Notes: generated from the sequence alone by a model not told the origin. A stretch of 64,000 nt of DNA from a virus (IMGVR_UViG_3300021511_000006:1-64000), one strand, 5' to 3'; shown: positions 28,625-40,082, counted from the first letter of the stretch. A program made the numbers and translations.

Positions 28625-29301
28625 TGTCAGATATTCAAAATTATAATCGCTTATATAGTTATGTACATGAGTATCAAAATCTATTATATGATTATTATAG
28701 TAAACATGCGGTTAGATTTTTAGTAACATATTATAACTTAAATATTGATGAAACAATCTGGGAAGATGAAGATATTTTTGGTGGTTCATATGAGCAAACT
28801 GGAGATCTGACAGGCATAAAAAGAAATAAACTTTTACTTCTTCCTGTTTATTATCCAGAAGAAGTAACAACTTCATTTGATGCTGAGGAAATTGGTTATA
28901 ATAAAAATACTGAAACTACTATTGTTATACCAAGCTCTTATGGATTTAAACCATATCCACATGATATTATAAAATTTGAACAAGGATTTTTAAAACCTAC
29001 AAATGATATATCTCCTCTATATACAGTTACTGGAGTAGAGATTCATCCAAACACTGATAAAAGATATTGGAGATTAAAATGTCAAGTATTTCAAAGTGAA
29101 ACTTTATCATCTGTAGATAGTCAGGTTGTTAATACATATGCTTTTGTTGAATATGATAAAAAGATACATACTCTTTCCAATTCACAGTTTATATCTAGAC
29201 TTCTATATAAAGATTCACTTTTACGACCTGTTTTAAAAGATACCCTATTTGACGATAGAGTTGGGTTTTATTTCACACCCAGAATACCACCAAATTGTTA
29301 G
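28624..29301 (+). CDS. Structural protein, possibly neck/head-closure (gp14-like)
   Basis: Context plus KPYPHDIIKF...YTVTGVE...YWRL beta-barrel-like pattern; weak assignment. Confidence 0.4.
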   Translation: MSDIQNYNRLYSYVHEYQNLLYDYYSKHAVRFLVTYYNLNIDETIWEDEDIFGGSYEQTGDLTGIKRNKLLLLPVYYPEEVTTSFDAEEIGYNKNTETTIVIPSSYGFKPYPHDIIKFEQGFLKPTNDISPLYTVTGVEIHPNTDKRYWRLKCQVFQSETLSSVDSQVVNTYAFVEYDKKIHTLSNSQFISRLLYKDSLLRPVLKDTLFDDRVGFYFTPRIPPNC

Positions 29302-29311
29302 GAGATAAAGA

Positions 29312-31798
29312 ATGGCCAATACATTATTATCGGAGCAAATATATTTATCCAGAGATTCAATTCGTGAATTAGTTAGCAACGAAGTAAAGAATTATCTTGA
29401 ACTAGAAAATGTGGATCTTGTAAAATCATCATTCCTTACTTTTTTGGTTGACACCATTTCGACATTGACTGGTAACCTTTTATTTTATCAGCTATCAACA
29501 TATCGTGAATTTTTCTTAACAAAAGCACAACTTCCAGAATCAATATTAAATCTATCTTCATTTCTTGGGTATAATACAAAAGAAGCTATCCCTTCAACTG
29601 TAAACGTATTAATGACAATTCCATTTGGGTTTGATGATCCAATTACTCAATTTACAATACCAGAAGGTTTTAAATTTACGGCAGACGGGGATGTTGAATT
29701 TGTAACTTATTATAGTACAACTGTTGAAGTAGTAAATAATGCAAATGTAACAATTAAAGTCATTGAGGATAATAAAAGATTTAATCTCCCTGTTGATTTA
29801 TCAACTGAATCTTTTAGTTTTGTATTACCATTAACTCAAACTAAAATTATTGAACAAGAATTTCAGATTGATACTGATATACAACAATTCCAATTTGTAA
29901 CATTAGACGTTCCAATTACTGGTGAAGTCGCTGAACTACAAGTTAATATTCAAGAACCTGGAAGTTCAGGTACAACAACATGGACTGAATTTGATAGTCT
30001 ATTTCTTATGGATCCGACAGATAAGGGATATGTATCAAGAAGAACAGATACAGGAAGAAAGTTAACTTTTGGTAACGGACTGGTTGGTGTACAACCAGTT
30101 GGAGGGTCTACTGTTTATGTAACAACTCTAACAACAGATGGCGTTGAAGGTAATGTTATTGGAGGTTCAATTAGAGAAGGAGATAGAATTTATCTAACGA
30201 CTTTAGCAGGTGTTACCCAAATTGTTGAATACGAAGTAATTAATGCCTCATCTGCATATGGTGGTCAGGATGAAGAATCATTAGAAGAAATCAGGAGAAA
30301 TTCAATTGCAGCAATTAGATCATTAGAACGTTTAGTTACAGAAGGTGACTATAAAGATATTAATGTCGTTGTTCCTGATGTTCCATTTGCTCAAAACTCA
30401 CTACCTGTTCTTAAACGATCTGATTTGCAGGTCAATGAGATTGAACTTTTTAGCGCCTTATTATTTGGGACTGGAACAACAGAAATTGAAAATTTGGTTC
30501 CCACAAGAAACGCTGTATTTACTGTACCACAGGGGACTACAAGATTATTTAGAAATGAAATTATAACTATTGGGGACAGTGATTATTATAATATATTTGA
30601 GATAGATATTGATACACACAATACAGTTGGTATATATGAATATATTATTTTAGCAATAGATATTCTTCCTGCATTAGAAACAAGTTTTACATCAACATAT
30701 GATATTTATTCTGATTTATTAGAAGTTGAAAGAACAGGTACTCAAGGTATATTTAAACTTCATTATAAATCTACAGAATCTGATTCTGAATTAACAACAT
30801 GTGAAATGGTTATTCAGTCAAGCGGCTCAACAAGAATTATGACTAATGATTCAACAGCAGGTTATTTTACTTATACATTTGATCCTTATACTAATATCCC
30901 AGCGGGTGAACAAACATATGAGTTTACAATAAGAGATCCAAGTAATGCTGAAGTTGCATTATATTCTAATAAAGTTACATTCAGGGCAGACTTAAGCACA
31001 TTTATGAGATCAAATGTTGCTATTGATTCAACCAATATTATTGTATATGATGTTCCTGTTATAGAAAAAGAATATTATGATGGTATTAATCAGAAAACAT
31101 TTGAATCTCAAGTACTTCAAGAATTAACTAGTGCTGCAGATTTGTCTGATCGTAGAATGCTAACTGACTTTTCAAATATAAAGTTTACAAATACGTTTGG
31201 TGTGTTGAATACAATGCTTCTCAATCAGCCTACGATTTCATCCGTTATTGATATTGTCCCAACTGAACCTACGTTGTGTGATGTTGGAGATAGATATATT
31301 CTGGATCTGTATCCAAATAGGCATTTAGAACATCAAGATAATATTATTAGATGCACAGACGCTACAGCATTAACGTTTGCTTACGAAGAAGCTGTTTCTG
31401 ATGCAATTGTGTATGTTGAAAATAAAGGAATAAATTATATCTATTCAGTAAAAGGATGGATTCCATTACCTCTTTATCAAATCCCTCTTGAAATTGAAAT
31501 TGAAGTATTTAGAGATATATCGTTTAGTGGTACTTTAACATCATTACAGGATACTGTTAGAACATCTATCATAGATGCATTTAAGGATAGATTTGGTACT
31601 GGTGCTGAAGTATATAGATCAGAAATTATTGATGTTGTTCAAGAAATTGATGGTATAAGTCATTGTAGTTTAAGAAAACCAGAAACAAGTATATTCTTTA
31701 ATTTTGAATTGAAAGAGTTAACTGAAGATCAATTATTAGAGTATGGCCCAGAATACGTTTACTTTAATGAAGATAATATTACAGTTAGGGTGGTATAA
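29312..31798 (+). CDS. Baseplate wedge protein (T4 gp6 / baseplate J-like)
   Basis: AQLPESILNLSSFLGY; LTFGNG; GGQDEESLEEIR; RLVTEGDY. Confidence 0.85.
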   Translation: MANTLLSEQIYLSRDSIRELVSNEVKNYLELENVDLVKSSFLTFLVDTISTLTGNLLFYQLSTYREFFLTKAQLPESILNLSSFLGYNTKEAIPSTVNVLMTIPFGFDDPITQFTIPEGFKFTADGDVEFVTYYSTTVEVVNNANVTIKVIEDNKRFNLPVDLSTESFSFVLPLTQTKIIEQEFQIDTDIQQFQFVTLDVPITGEVAELQVNIQEPGSSGTTTWTEFDSLFLMDPTDKGYVSRRTDTGRKLTFGNGLVGVQPVGGSTVYVTTLTTDGVEGNVIGGSIREGDRIYLTTLAGVTQIVEYEVINASSAYGGQDEESLEEIRRNSIAAIRSLERLVTEGDYKDINVVVPDVPFAQNSLPVLKRSDLQVNEIELFSALLFGTGTTEIENLVPTRNAVFTVPQGTTRLFRNEIITIGDSDYYNIFEIDIDTHNTVGIYEYIILAIDILPALETSFTSTYDIYSDLLEVERTGTQGIFKLHYKSTESDSELTTCEMVIQSSGSTRIMTNDSTAGYFTYTFDPYTNIPAGEQTYEFTIRDPSNAEVALYSNKVTFRADLSTFMRSNVAIDSTNIIVYDVPVIEKEYYDGINQKTFESQVLQELTSAADLSDRRMLTDFSNIKFTNTFGVLNTMLLNQPTISSVIDIVPTEPTLCDVGDRYILDLYPNRHLEHQDNIIRCTDATALTFAYEEAVSDAIVYVENKGINYIYSVKGWIPLPLYQIPLEIEIEVFRDISFSGTLTSLQDTVRTSIIDAFKDRFGTGAEVYRSEIIDVVQEIDGISHCSLRKPETSIFFNFELKELTEDQLLEYGPEYVYFNEDNITVRVV

Positions 31799-31800
31799 TT

Positions 31801-32910
31801 ATGGAGCAGTTACTTGCAAAAGCAAATATTAATGATGCCAGATTAAAAAGTCATTTAACAAGAGTTGTGGCTAAGAATTTGGGAGCTTTATCTGCACCGT
31901 GTTATTATCCCGAAGTTAAAAAGAATTTTTATGAATTTTTAAAGCTAACAGGACTTACAGAAAAAGATATAAAGGAATTTGCAAAAAGACGCTGGAAGGG
32001 AAGAAAAGAATCTAAATTTGCAACTCAAAGTAATGCAATTGCTAATTTTAATGTATTCTTACTTCAATACTTTCTAAAGAAGAAAGATAAAACAGCGTAT
32101 AAATATATGATGATTTTTTTCATCATAAGGCATTATGCAAACTTGATGCACAAAACATTTAAGTATTGTAACGATGAAACATTTAAATATGCTCTGGAAG
32201 TCTTAACAAAAACCCACCTATTTGCAAGAGAGAAAACAATCTCTAATGCTCTTTTTTATATTGCAAGTGAAATGGTAAGACGTTGGTCGAGAGGTTTACG
32301 AACTGGCGATTTAGATGCAATATCAAGATTTATGCAAGATAGTAGAACTAGAGTTTCTCAAAGTATGAAGAGTTTTGCGCAAACATATTATAAAGCAGCA
32401 GAAGAAGGATCAGCATTGAGAAGTGAAGAAGAACCATCAGAAGAAGAGAATGTATATCAGATTAAAGCAGCGAGTAAGGGAATTCAATTAGCTGATGAAA
32501 TAACTAAAAAAATAACTGTGTATAGATTTAGTGATTATAAATCACAAGAGACTGCCCGTAATCTTGCAAAAATTAATTCTTCTCTTGCAACACAGATAGT
32601 ATCTAAATTAAATAACACAAAACATTCGGACAATTTAAGAATTATTTTTAGATTATTTTTAAAAGATTTAAAAGATGCACAATCATTATGCGGAAAGAAA
32701 TATGAAGTATATATTAGACAACTAATGTCTATAAAAAGAACGAAAATGAAAATCTATTTTAAACAACAAGTTAATGTTTTGCTTATAAAAATTTTAGACG
32801 AAATAGATTACAAATTAAAATATGACAAACTCACATCACAAACTCAATTCCTTATTAATTTATATCTCGCCTATTATTTAACTATGGTATTGAAAAATAC
32901 TGTATGTTAA
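31801..32910 (+). CDS. Hypothetical helical protein
   Basis: 369 aa ORF converging on 32907; no recognisable motif. Confidence 0.65.
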   Translation: MEQLLAKANINDARLKSHLTRVVAKNLGALSAPCYYPEVKKNFYEFLKLTGLTEKDIKEFAKRRWKGRKESKFATQSNAIANFNVFLLQYFLKKKDKTAYKYMMIFFIIRHYANLMHKTFKYCNDETFKYALEVLTKTHLFAREKTISNALFYIASEMVRRWSRGLRTGDLDAISRFMQDSRTRVSQSMKSFAQTYYKAAEEGSALRSEEEPSEEENVYQIKAASKGIQLADEITKKITVYRFSDYKSQETARNLAKINSSLATQIVSKLNNTKHSDNLRIIFRLFLKDLKDAQSLCGKKYEVYIRQLMSIKRTKMKIYFKQQVNVLLIKILDEIDYKLKYDKLTSQTQFLINLYLAYYLTMVLKNTVC

Positions 32911-34166
32911 AGATGCGGAATAAAACTAGCATCAGTATCAGTTACTAGATCGTTCTGTGTTTGAAATGCGTCATGAGGTACTCTATTTTGTTCGCTTGCA
33001 GCGACTACTTTGGGTGCTTGTCTTTGTTTGGCTGCTGCATTTTTAACTGAGTGTATTAATTCTTCTATAGATGGTTGATGTACTCGTGTTGTTAAAAGGT
33101 TTATACCAGCTCTATCTCCAACAACTTGATTTATTTTATTTCTTTTTGTATATAATGCAGCATCTGATTCTGTAAGAGATTTTATATAATTTCTTACAGT
33201 TGGTCTATTTGTGAATGTATTTTTTCCTTCTTCAACAAGCATACTATTATATAAACTTGAAAAATCAAGTCTCACATCTACTATACCAAGATTTTGATTA
33301 TATGCAATTTGTTGTTGGTCTCCACCTTTAATCACAGTAATATTTGTAATGACAGCTGGATTTAAATTATAAATTCCAGTAGATTTTATTTTATGAAAAA
33401 ATGGCCAATTATATGTTTTACCATCATCTGATCTTGGAACAGCTAAGCATAAGAGTACAGCAAGAGGACCAGCTATATGTTCTTCAGTTGATGCTTTATT
33501 TCCTGGATTTGGATTATATAATCTAATGGTTGCAGTATATGATGGAGTGAATCCACTATTTACCCAAACTTGCGGAAAGTCAACTCTTTGACCAGCCACC
33601 ATTTTACTAATTAGAGCTGCTCCACCTCCCATAAGTTTACTTAGTCCAGAGGCTTCTCCAGATTGCATTCTTTTAATTAATTTATCAAGACCTGCAGCTG
33701 TTGATTGTGCTGCACTACCAGCTCCCGACATCAAACCTCCAGCAGCGCCTCCCATTTCTCCACCAATATCTGTCATAAGTTTTCCAAATTTACCTGCAGC
33801 TTCTATTCCTGTATCTGCTCCTGCCATTTGTGCTAATTGTGACATACCTTGTGAAGCAACATCTGTAAACTTTTGAAGATATGTTTCAGTATAATTATTT
33901 GTAAATGAATCTGTTGGAAAGTTATCAGCTAAGAAAGCGCATTTAATTGGTACTTGAGTTGCAAATCCGTGATTCCCCAATATTTTTAAATATGTATCCG
34001 GAACTTCATCAAGTCTGAATAAGTTTAGTCCGCTTTCATAATGGGGTTTACATGGTACTATTTCAAGAATAGGCATACTATTTACAACCATTTCATCGCT
34101 TATCCATGTAGATGGAGGAAGTCCAAATACTCCATTAAAAGGGTTTAATTGTTTTATATTAGCCAT
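32907..34166 (-). CDS. Baseplate tail-tube cap/initiator-like protein (gp48/gp54-like)
   Basis: YTATIRLYNP...WPFF...AVITNITV...VDVRLDF tube-fold pattern; adjacent to the tape-measure-like gene. Confidence 0.5.
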   Translation of the reverse strand: MANIKQLNPFNGVFGLPPSTWISDEMVVNSMPILEIVPCKPHYESGLNLFRLDEVPDTYLKILGNHGFATQVPIKCAFLADNFPTDSFTNNYTETYLQKFTDVASQGMSQLAQMAGADTGIEAAGKFGKLMTDIGGEMGGAAGGLMSGAGSAAQSTAAGLDKLIKRMQSGEASGLSKLMGGGAALISKMVAGQRVDFPQVWVNSGFTPSYTATIRLYNPNPGNKASTEEHIAGPLAVLLCLAVPRSDDGKTYNWPFFHKIKSTGIYNLNPAVITNITVIKGGDQQQIAYNQNLGIVDVRLDFSSLYNSMLVEEGKNTFTNRPTVRNYIKSLTESDAALYTKRNKINQVVGDRAGINLLTTRVHQPSIEELIHSVKNAAAKQRQAPKVVAASEQNRVPHDAFQTQNDLVTDTDASFIPHL

Positions 34167-34178
34167 TATTATATCTCC

Positions 34179-37100
34179 TTACCTTATATTACATCTAGTT
34201 ACATCTTGTGCGAATCCATGTCCAGAACTAAATGGGCCCGCGCCGCCACCACCACCAGAGGAAGTGGACATTTGATTGCTATTCGATGAAGCTACTACAT
34301 TTGTGTTCATCATTATAGCAGCTGTAGTTTGTTTACTTCCTGTATCTACTTTTTCACCCAGTTGTTTAGAAAGTTCATTATAACCTCTTTTTCTTGATTC
34401 TTGATCTAAAGCAAACCTTTTTGTTTCAGTATCCATATAGTTTTCAAGTGCGTTATTTCTTCTAGTACTCACACTCTGAACTACGGATGAAGGATCAAAT
34501 CCTTTTGGTACTGGTACTGGTTTAGGTACTGTACTTGCTGGTTCATTTAAAGCAGATTCTAATTTACTTGCTAAAGTTCCTTCATGAATATCTTTAACCG
34601 TGCTCATAACTTTCTTAAAAATAGCACCAATTATTGGAAGGTTAGATACTTTTTCAATAAATTTGTCTTTTAGATATGTATATGCTTTTTTCATACCAAC
34701 TATTGGGAACATCATATTGTAAAGAACTACTTTTACAGTTTTTGATATTTTATCCAATAGATCACTACCAAACATATTTTTTAGTTTTTTACCAATCCAT
34801 ACGAATGGCATTTTGATATATCCAAAAATAGTGGCCATAGTACCTCCAATCCATTTCATTGCTGATTGTACAAGACCAGGTTTTTCCCACCATGTTTTAA
34901 AACTTTCCCATACTTTTCCAAGAGTCATTTTAAAACCCCATTTCATTAATACCCATGCACTTTTTAAGCCTTCTTTTAACATTTTATATGGGAAGATAAC
35001 AATATTCCATACACCTTTTACCATATCTTTTATAGCACCAAAAGTTTTGGACATACCTTCAGATATTTTCTTTCCACCAACGAAACCGAGAATACCCCCT
35101 GCTGCTGCTCCAATACCACCACCTATTAATGTACCAATACCTGGAACAATAGATCCAATTGCTGCTCCAAGAGCACCACCTTTCATGGCTCCATGTGTGG
35201 CACCAGCAAAACCGGTGTCTGAACCTCCAAGAAATCCAGCTAGTCCTCTAGTTAAAATACTTCCTGCAAAACCTTCTGGATCTCTCATTGCTGAAAATGC
35301 ATCCCACGCTCCCATTGCACCACCAACTAAAAGACCAGCTCCTGCTCCTGCAAGTTTTCCTCCAAACTTAAGAACCTTTCCTCCGACACCAAGAGCTCGT
35401 CCAGCAAGTCCTTTTTTTGCAGCTCCAGTAGCTGCTTTTCCTGCCACCCCTTTAGCTGCTGCTTTTCCTGCTGCTCCTTTAGCTGCTCGTCCTGCTGCCA
35501 TTGTTCCAAGTTTCTTTAATCCTAAAAATTGTAGAACGGGTGCTAGAAATCCCAAAAATTTATTAATGACACGACCCATCATATTTTGAAGGAATCCTAA
35601 AGCAAGGACTATCATATCCCAAGTTTTGCTTCCTAATTTTCTTAGTCTTCTTCGAACTCCTTTTGTCTCTGAAAGATGTTCTTTTGCAAATTTATTACCT
35701 TTCTTTCCAAGATCTTCAAACTTCGCATCAGATTTCTTTCCTTCCTTAAGATCTTTTTCAGCCATCTCAGCAGTCTTTGAAATATTTTCTGCCATACTTG
35801 GAGAATGAGGACCTTCTCTTTCTTCTTGATCTTCTTTAAGTTTGCGTATTTTTTCTAGTTCAGATACTACAGTATCTTTACCTTGTTCATATTTTGATCT
35901 AGCCCATTCCTTTGTTGCACCCCATTTTTCTGTAGCTTCTTGAGGTACGCCCATGCTGCTTACGACTCTACCAGGATGTGCAAAACCCCCAAATCCTGTG
36001 ATACCAGCTTTAGCCATAGACCCTTTATCAAGTTCAAGTTTTTCAACCATTCTATCAAACATTTTTTCAGAGAATGATTTTTGTTCCTCTATACCTTTTT
36101 CTCCAGTTAAGGCTTCTCGTATTTTATCGAACATTGTATATGTGACTTGTTTTGAAGGTGTAATTTCCTCACCAACAAGGGCTTCTGCTGCTGCCTTTGT
36201 ATAGATTATAAGATCATCAATCTTTGGCATTAAGGTTGTATATGTCATTCCTAGTATATTTGATATTTTTAAAAAGACATTATGTGTTTGTGTTGCGCCC
36301 CTAACATCTCCAGCATAACCGCCTCTAACACCAAATAAAAATTTAATTGGGCTAACTATAGCTGACTTCATAATATCAGAAAATAGAAGCATATTTCTAA
36401 ATGCTGGATGTTGAATAAGAGTTCTTTGCCATGCAATTCTCATACGAGAAGTCATACCAATTAATCCAACTTTTAGTTCAAGAATGGCTCTTAATAATCT
36501 TTTTTGATGACCTTCTTGTTTTGTATCTCGAACATTTTGAAATTCTTTTATAAATGTTTGAACTATGCTTCCCTGTTGTTCATCTCTTTCTACAACAACA
36601 GTTTCTAATTTTACTAAATTTTGAGACATTAATGATAATGTCTTATCTAGTTTCTTTGATATATCTGCAGATTTTGCTTCATCAATTTGTTTAAGGAGTT
36701 TATCAATTGGAGTAACAACTTCTGCTGCATGAACTTCAACCATTCCTCCTTGTTTAATATAACCACCTTCTTGTAGTTTTGGGGCCGCTCCTTCAATAGT
36801 CTGTTGAAGCTTTTCTAGATCTGATACTGTTGCTGGTTCTCTTTCCCTTTCTTCTTTTACTATATCTTTCCCTTTTTTGAATATGTTAGCAATCCCATGA
36901 CCAGCTTTTGATAATCCTTCAGACATTGCTGATCCGACTTTATCTTTAATTTTTCTGGCTGCACCTTGAAAAACATCAGTTTCCATAAATTTTGCAGCGA
37001 AGTAACCAAAGAGAGGAGTTGCTCTGGAAAGGGCCATAGCAATAGTGTTAGTTTTATTTATACTAATATCTTCACTAATTGCTTTACCGTATTGACTAAT

Positions 37101-37445
37101 AGCCTGTGTAGTTGCTTTTCCCGTATCAACTGTAATAGTTTTAACACCTGTTGCTAGGGAATTGATTGTGCGGCCCAACCCTTTTAAGACAGTGTTATAT
37201 CCTTGAGCTGTTTCACTTGTAAAGTCTCCACGTTCCATCTCTAGTTGTGCCGTCATTTTTTGTTGCTGTTTTGTTAATGCATCAACCTCAGTTGAAATTT
37301 GAAGTCTTTTTCTATTTTGCTCTTGGGTTAGATCATCAACAGATCGGTGGAGACTACTAATTCTACGAGCTCTATCAGCAGCCATGTCACTAGCACCTTG
37401 ATTCAATAGATCTGTACCAGGTAAAGTTTTTTCATCCTCTGGCAT
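34179..37445 (-). CDS. Tape-measure-like protein
   Basis: 1088 aa helical/coiled-coil protein with an Ala/Gly-rich hydrophobic stretch and Trp/Phe-periodic repeats. Confidence 0.7.
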   Translation of the reverse strand: MPEDEKTLPGTDLLNQGASDMAADRARRISSLHRSVDDLTQEQNRKRLQISTEVDALTKQQQKMTAQLEMERGDFTSETAQGYNTVLKGLGRTINSLATGVKTITVDTGKATTQAISQYGKAISEDISINKTNTIAMALSRATPLFGYFAAKFMETDVFQGAARKIKDKVGSAMSEGLSKAGHGIANIFKKGKDIVKEEREREPATVSDLEKLQQTIEGAAPKLQEGGYIKQGGMVEVHAAEVVTPIDKLLKQIDEAKSADISKKLDKTLSLMSQNLVKLETVVVERDEQQGSIVQTFIKEFQNVRDTKQEGHQKRLLRAILELKVGLIGMTSRMRIAWQRTLIQHPAFRNMLLFSDIMKSAIVSPIKFLFGVRGGYAGDVRGATQTHNVFLKISNILGMTYTTLMPKIDDLIIYTKAAAEALVGEEITPSKQVTYTMFDKIREALTGEKGIEEQKSFSEKMFDRMVEKLELDKGSMAKAGITGFGGFAHPGRVVSSMGVPQEATEKWGATKEWARSKYEQGKDTVVSELEKIRKLKEDQEEREGPHSPSMAENISKTAEMAEKDLKEGKKSDAKFEDLGKKGNKFAKEHLSETKGVRRRLRKLGSKTWDMIVLALGFLQNMMGRVINKFLGFLAPVLQFLGLKKLGTMAAGRAAKGAAGKAAAKGVAGKAATGAAKKGLAGRALGVGGKVLKFGGKLAGAGAGLLVGGAMGAWDAFSAMRDPEGFAGSILTRGLAGFLGGSDTGFAGATHGAMKGGALGAAIGSIVPGIGTLIGGGIGAAAGGILGFVGGKKISEGMSKTFGAIKDMVKGVWNIVIFPYKMLKEGLKSAWVLMKWGFKMTLGKVWESFKTWWEKPGLVQSAMKWIGGTMATIFGYIKMPFVWIGKKLKNMFGSDLLDKISKTVKVVLYNMMFPIVGMKKAYTYLKDKFIEKVSNLPIIGAIFKKVMSTVKDIHEGTLASKLESALNEPASTVPKPVPVPKGFDPSSVVQSVSTRRNNALENYMDTETKRFALDQESRKRGYNELSKQLGEKVDTGSKQTTAAIMMNTNVVASSNSNQMSTSSGGGGGAGPFSSGHGFAQDVTRCNIR

Positions 37446-37458
37446 GTTTTAAATCTCC

Positions 37459-38370
37459 TTACAGTTTGTTAACCATCTTATATACTTTTTGACTTGGGCG
37501 TTTGACTAATGCTGGTAATGAAATTACCTCGGATGGTGCATATAATTCTTGATAACATAATTCCTTAATATGTTTTACATTTATCCCAAACGTCGTTTTA
37601 TATGCTGTATATAATGGAGTAACAATGTGTCTATTAGCATAAGCGGCTTTGACAATCAAAGATGGTACTCCGCTTGCCATTGCTTTAAATATAATTTTAA
37701 TAAGAACAATATACTCAGTAACTAATTTTTTTAATTTCTCAGGAGGTAATGTAGATATATCACCAAATGTTTCTAATAACATTTTATGATATTCAATTAA
37801 TACTTTATTAGATGGAATATTTCTTTCTGTATTATTATAAATAAAATTAATTATTCTTTGAGCTCTTTTATCATCAAGACCATTTCGTTGAATCATAAAA
37901 AGCTGTGACCAATAATTTTTATAATATGAAGTTAGTTCTTGCTTAAATGTTGATAAAAATTGTCTTGGAAATTTATAAGAAGTCTTGTGTATCAGTTCAT
38001 GTAAAGTTGTAATTGATAATTCATTATTAGATGCAAACCCAAAAATATTTGACTCATTCTCAACGAATACAAGAATATATTTTCCTAAAGTTTGTCCTGC
38101 AAATCCTTTAAATTCAGGAGGTTGTTTCTTTAGAATACTTTTAAGAACTCTATCTGTTAGATAACAAGGAATAAATTCTCCTTTGGTTATTAATTTAACC
38201 ATTGTTGGTACAATAGGAGCTACCCGTGAAGATTTCATCATTGCTTTTATAAAATTTTGTTTTAACACAGAAGATGTATATATTTTGACTCCCCCATAAT
38301 TCATTACAAGTTGAAGGGTTCCTCTTGGGGCAGCAAATAACTCAGTAATTTGCGCAATTTGATCTTCCAT
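37459..38370 (-). CDS. Hypothetical protein with HExxH motif (possible metallopeptidase)
   Basis: ITTLHELIH. Confidence 0.5.
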   Translation of the reverse strand: MEDQIAQITELFAAPRGTLQLVMNYGGVKIYTSSVLKQNFIKAMMKSSRVAPIVPTMVKLITKGEFIPCYLTDRVLKSILKKQPPEFKGFAGQTLGKYILVFVENESNIFGFASNNELSITTLHELIHKTSYKFPRQFLSTFKQELTSYYKNYWSQLFMIQRNGLDDKRAQRIINFIYNNTERNIPSNKVLIEYHKMLLETFGDISTLPPEKLKKLVTEYIVLIKIIFKAMASGVPSLIVKAAYANRHIVTPLYTAYKTTFGINVKHIKELCYQELYAPSEVISLPALVKRPSQKVYKMVNKL

Positions 38371-38382
38371 CTAATCTTCTCC

Positions 38383-40035
38383 TTAAGCTTGATCATACAT
38401 ATTTAAAATATCAATAAATCCACCCATTTCGTCAATGTGATTTTTAATATGTTTCATAATTCCATCATTGCTAAAATCAGATTGTGTATCTGCATTTCCT
38501 GCAATGATATTAGCCATCTCATTTGAGAGAGCAGTATATTCTTGAGTATCAATCATCATTGGTGGATCATATTTTCTTACATAGAATACACAAGATGTAC
38601 CTAATGCTAAATCGTCATGACATCCTGTGTCTGCTTCAACTTTGCCATTTGTTTTTGTTACAAGCCCAGTTAGTTCCAGTGCTAATCTTTCAGACTTAAC
38701 ACATTCAGGATATTGTGTAATATAAGAATATAAAGCATCAATCATTAATGGTCTAGTTTTTGTATTAGTTGATAGACCTGGTAATACTGTTTGTTTGCCT
38801 CGTTTTTCTTTGTATATCATAGATGAAAATTCACTATTATTAAGCTGTTCAACAACCTGATTTCCATATGAGTTTGATTCTACAACAATCATTCCTGGAT
38901 ATTGTGTTGCTAATACTTTAACAACTTTTATAAAATCAAGTACTTTACATTTTCCTTGATACTCGGCGACTTGTTCAAGAGTTTCATAATCCCATACAGT
39001 TACTGCAGATTTATCATCTCCATGTTCAGGTGCTGTATCTACACCCATTATATAATATCTGCCAGGAATTGGATTTACAAATCTCCATAATTCCCCATTA
39101 AACAATCTCAATTTTTCAGTAGGTTCCATAACAGCATTCTGAACTTTTTCTACAGTATCTGCTTCAAAGAATGATCCTTCTGTTGGTAAGAATTTAAGTT
39201 CTAACTCTTGCGCAATTTTTCGCTTATCATTATCGAATAGCTCACATTGAGTTTTGTACCAATCAGCATCATCTGCTAATTCAGGAATCATTTTCCAATG
39301 AATTACAAAAGGTTCAAAAATATCATGTCTTGAAACTGCTTTATAGTATCTTTTAAAGTACCATTCTCCAACTCCATTAGTTTTATTAGGTGTTGAAAGA
39401 ACAACAGTTCCGTATGGAACATTTGCCTTTTTTGCTTGCATCTGATTAGTAGAAAGAGCGGGAACCATTGATGTCCAAGCAGAATCAATATGATGAACAA
39501 ATGCTGCCTCATCTATAACTAGAAAAGTAATTGCTTTACCACGAAGAGTTTTATCTGGAGCATTTGGATTAACAGGTGAAGCAAATACTTTACTTCCATT
39601 TGTAAGAATAAATGATTGTTCTGTCCTTTTTGCAAAACCTCTTCCTAACGGTCCTTTCGGAGGTTTCATCCATTCAGGAAGTTTTTCAACCATTCCTCTA
39701 ATTGCTCTAGCAAAGTCAGTAGCTTCTCTACCGTCTTTAGAAATAATACCAATAACCGCATTGTCATAAAATATCGTTAACCAGGCGGAATATGCTTGAA
39801 TAATTGTAGAAATCCCTATTTGACGACTCTTTAAAACTAATACATAATGTTTGTTTTCAATAAGATTAACAAGTTCAACTTGTTTCCTATATGGTTGAAG
39901 AAGAACGTCTTTACCGGGAACTTCTATCAGTATGTAACTACGACAAAAGTAATCAAAGTCGGCCTTACACTTTAAAAATTCAGCTACATAATTATCCGCC
40001 ATTCCTTGAATTTCAGTGACTTGAAGTTTTGGCAT
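38383..40035 (-). CDS. terL: Terminase large subunit (T4 gp17-like)
   Basis: LKSRQIGIS Walker A, LVIDEAAF Walker B, STPN, MGVDTA and HDDL nuclease motifs. Confidence 0.95.
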   Translation of the reverse strand: MPKLQVTEIQGMADNYVAEFLKCKADFDYFCRSYILIEVPGKDVLLQPYRKQVELVNLIENKHYVLVLKSRQIGISTIIQAYSAWLTIFYDNAVIGIISKDGREATDFARAIRGMVEKLPEWMKPPKGPLGRGFAKRTEQSFILTNGSKVFASPVNPNAPDKTLRGKAITFLVIDEAAFVHHIDSAWTSMVPALSTNQMQAKKANVPYGTVVLSTPNKTNGVGEWYFKRYYKAVSRHDIFEPFVIHWKMIPELADDADWYKTQCELFDNDKRKIAQELELKFLPTEGSFFEADTVEKVQNAVMEPTEKLRLFNGELWRFVNPIPGRYYIMGVDTAPEHGDDKSAVTVWDYETLEQVAEYQGKCKVLDFIKVVKVLATQYPGMIVVESNSYGNQVVEQLNNSEFSSMIYKEKRGKQTVLPGLSTNTKTRPLMIDALYSYITQYPECVKSERLALELTGLVTKTNGKVEADTGCHDDLALGTSCVFYVRKYDPPMMIDTQEYTALSNEMANIIAGNADTQSDFSNDGIMKHIKNHIDEMGGFIDILNMYDQA

Positions 40036-40045
40036 ACTAATCTCC

Positions 40046-40061
40046 TTTTATTTTTGTTCTA
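40046..40061 (-). promoter_or_regulatory. Motif L variant (TAGAACAAAAATAAAA) upstream of terminase
   Basis: Immediately upstream of the AGGAG Shine-Dalgarno of terL. Confidence 0.55.
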
Positions 40062-40082
40062 AATTAGGATATATATCTCATA

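Noticed and set aside
34813-37157. Plus-strand ORFs antisense to the tape-measure-like gene (e.g. 34813..35589)
   Set aside because: Antisense shadows of an Ala/Gly-rich coding region without SD or recognisable motifs
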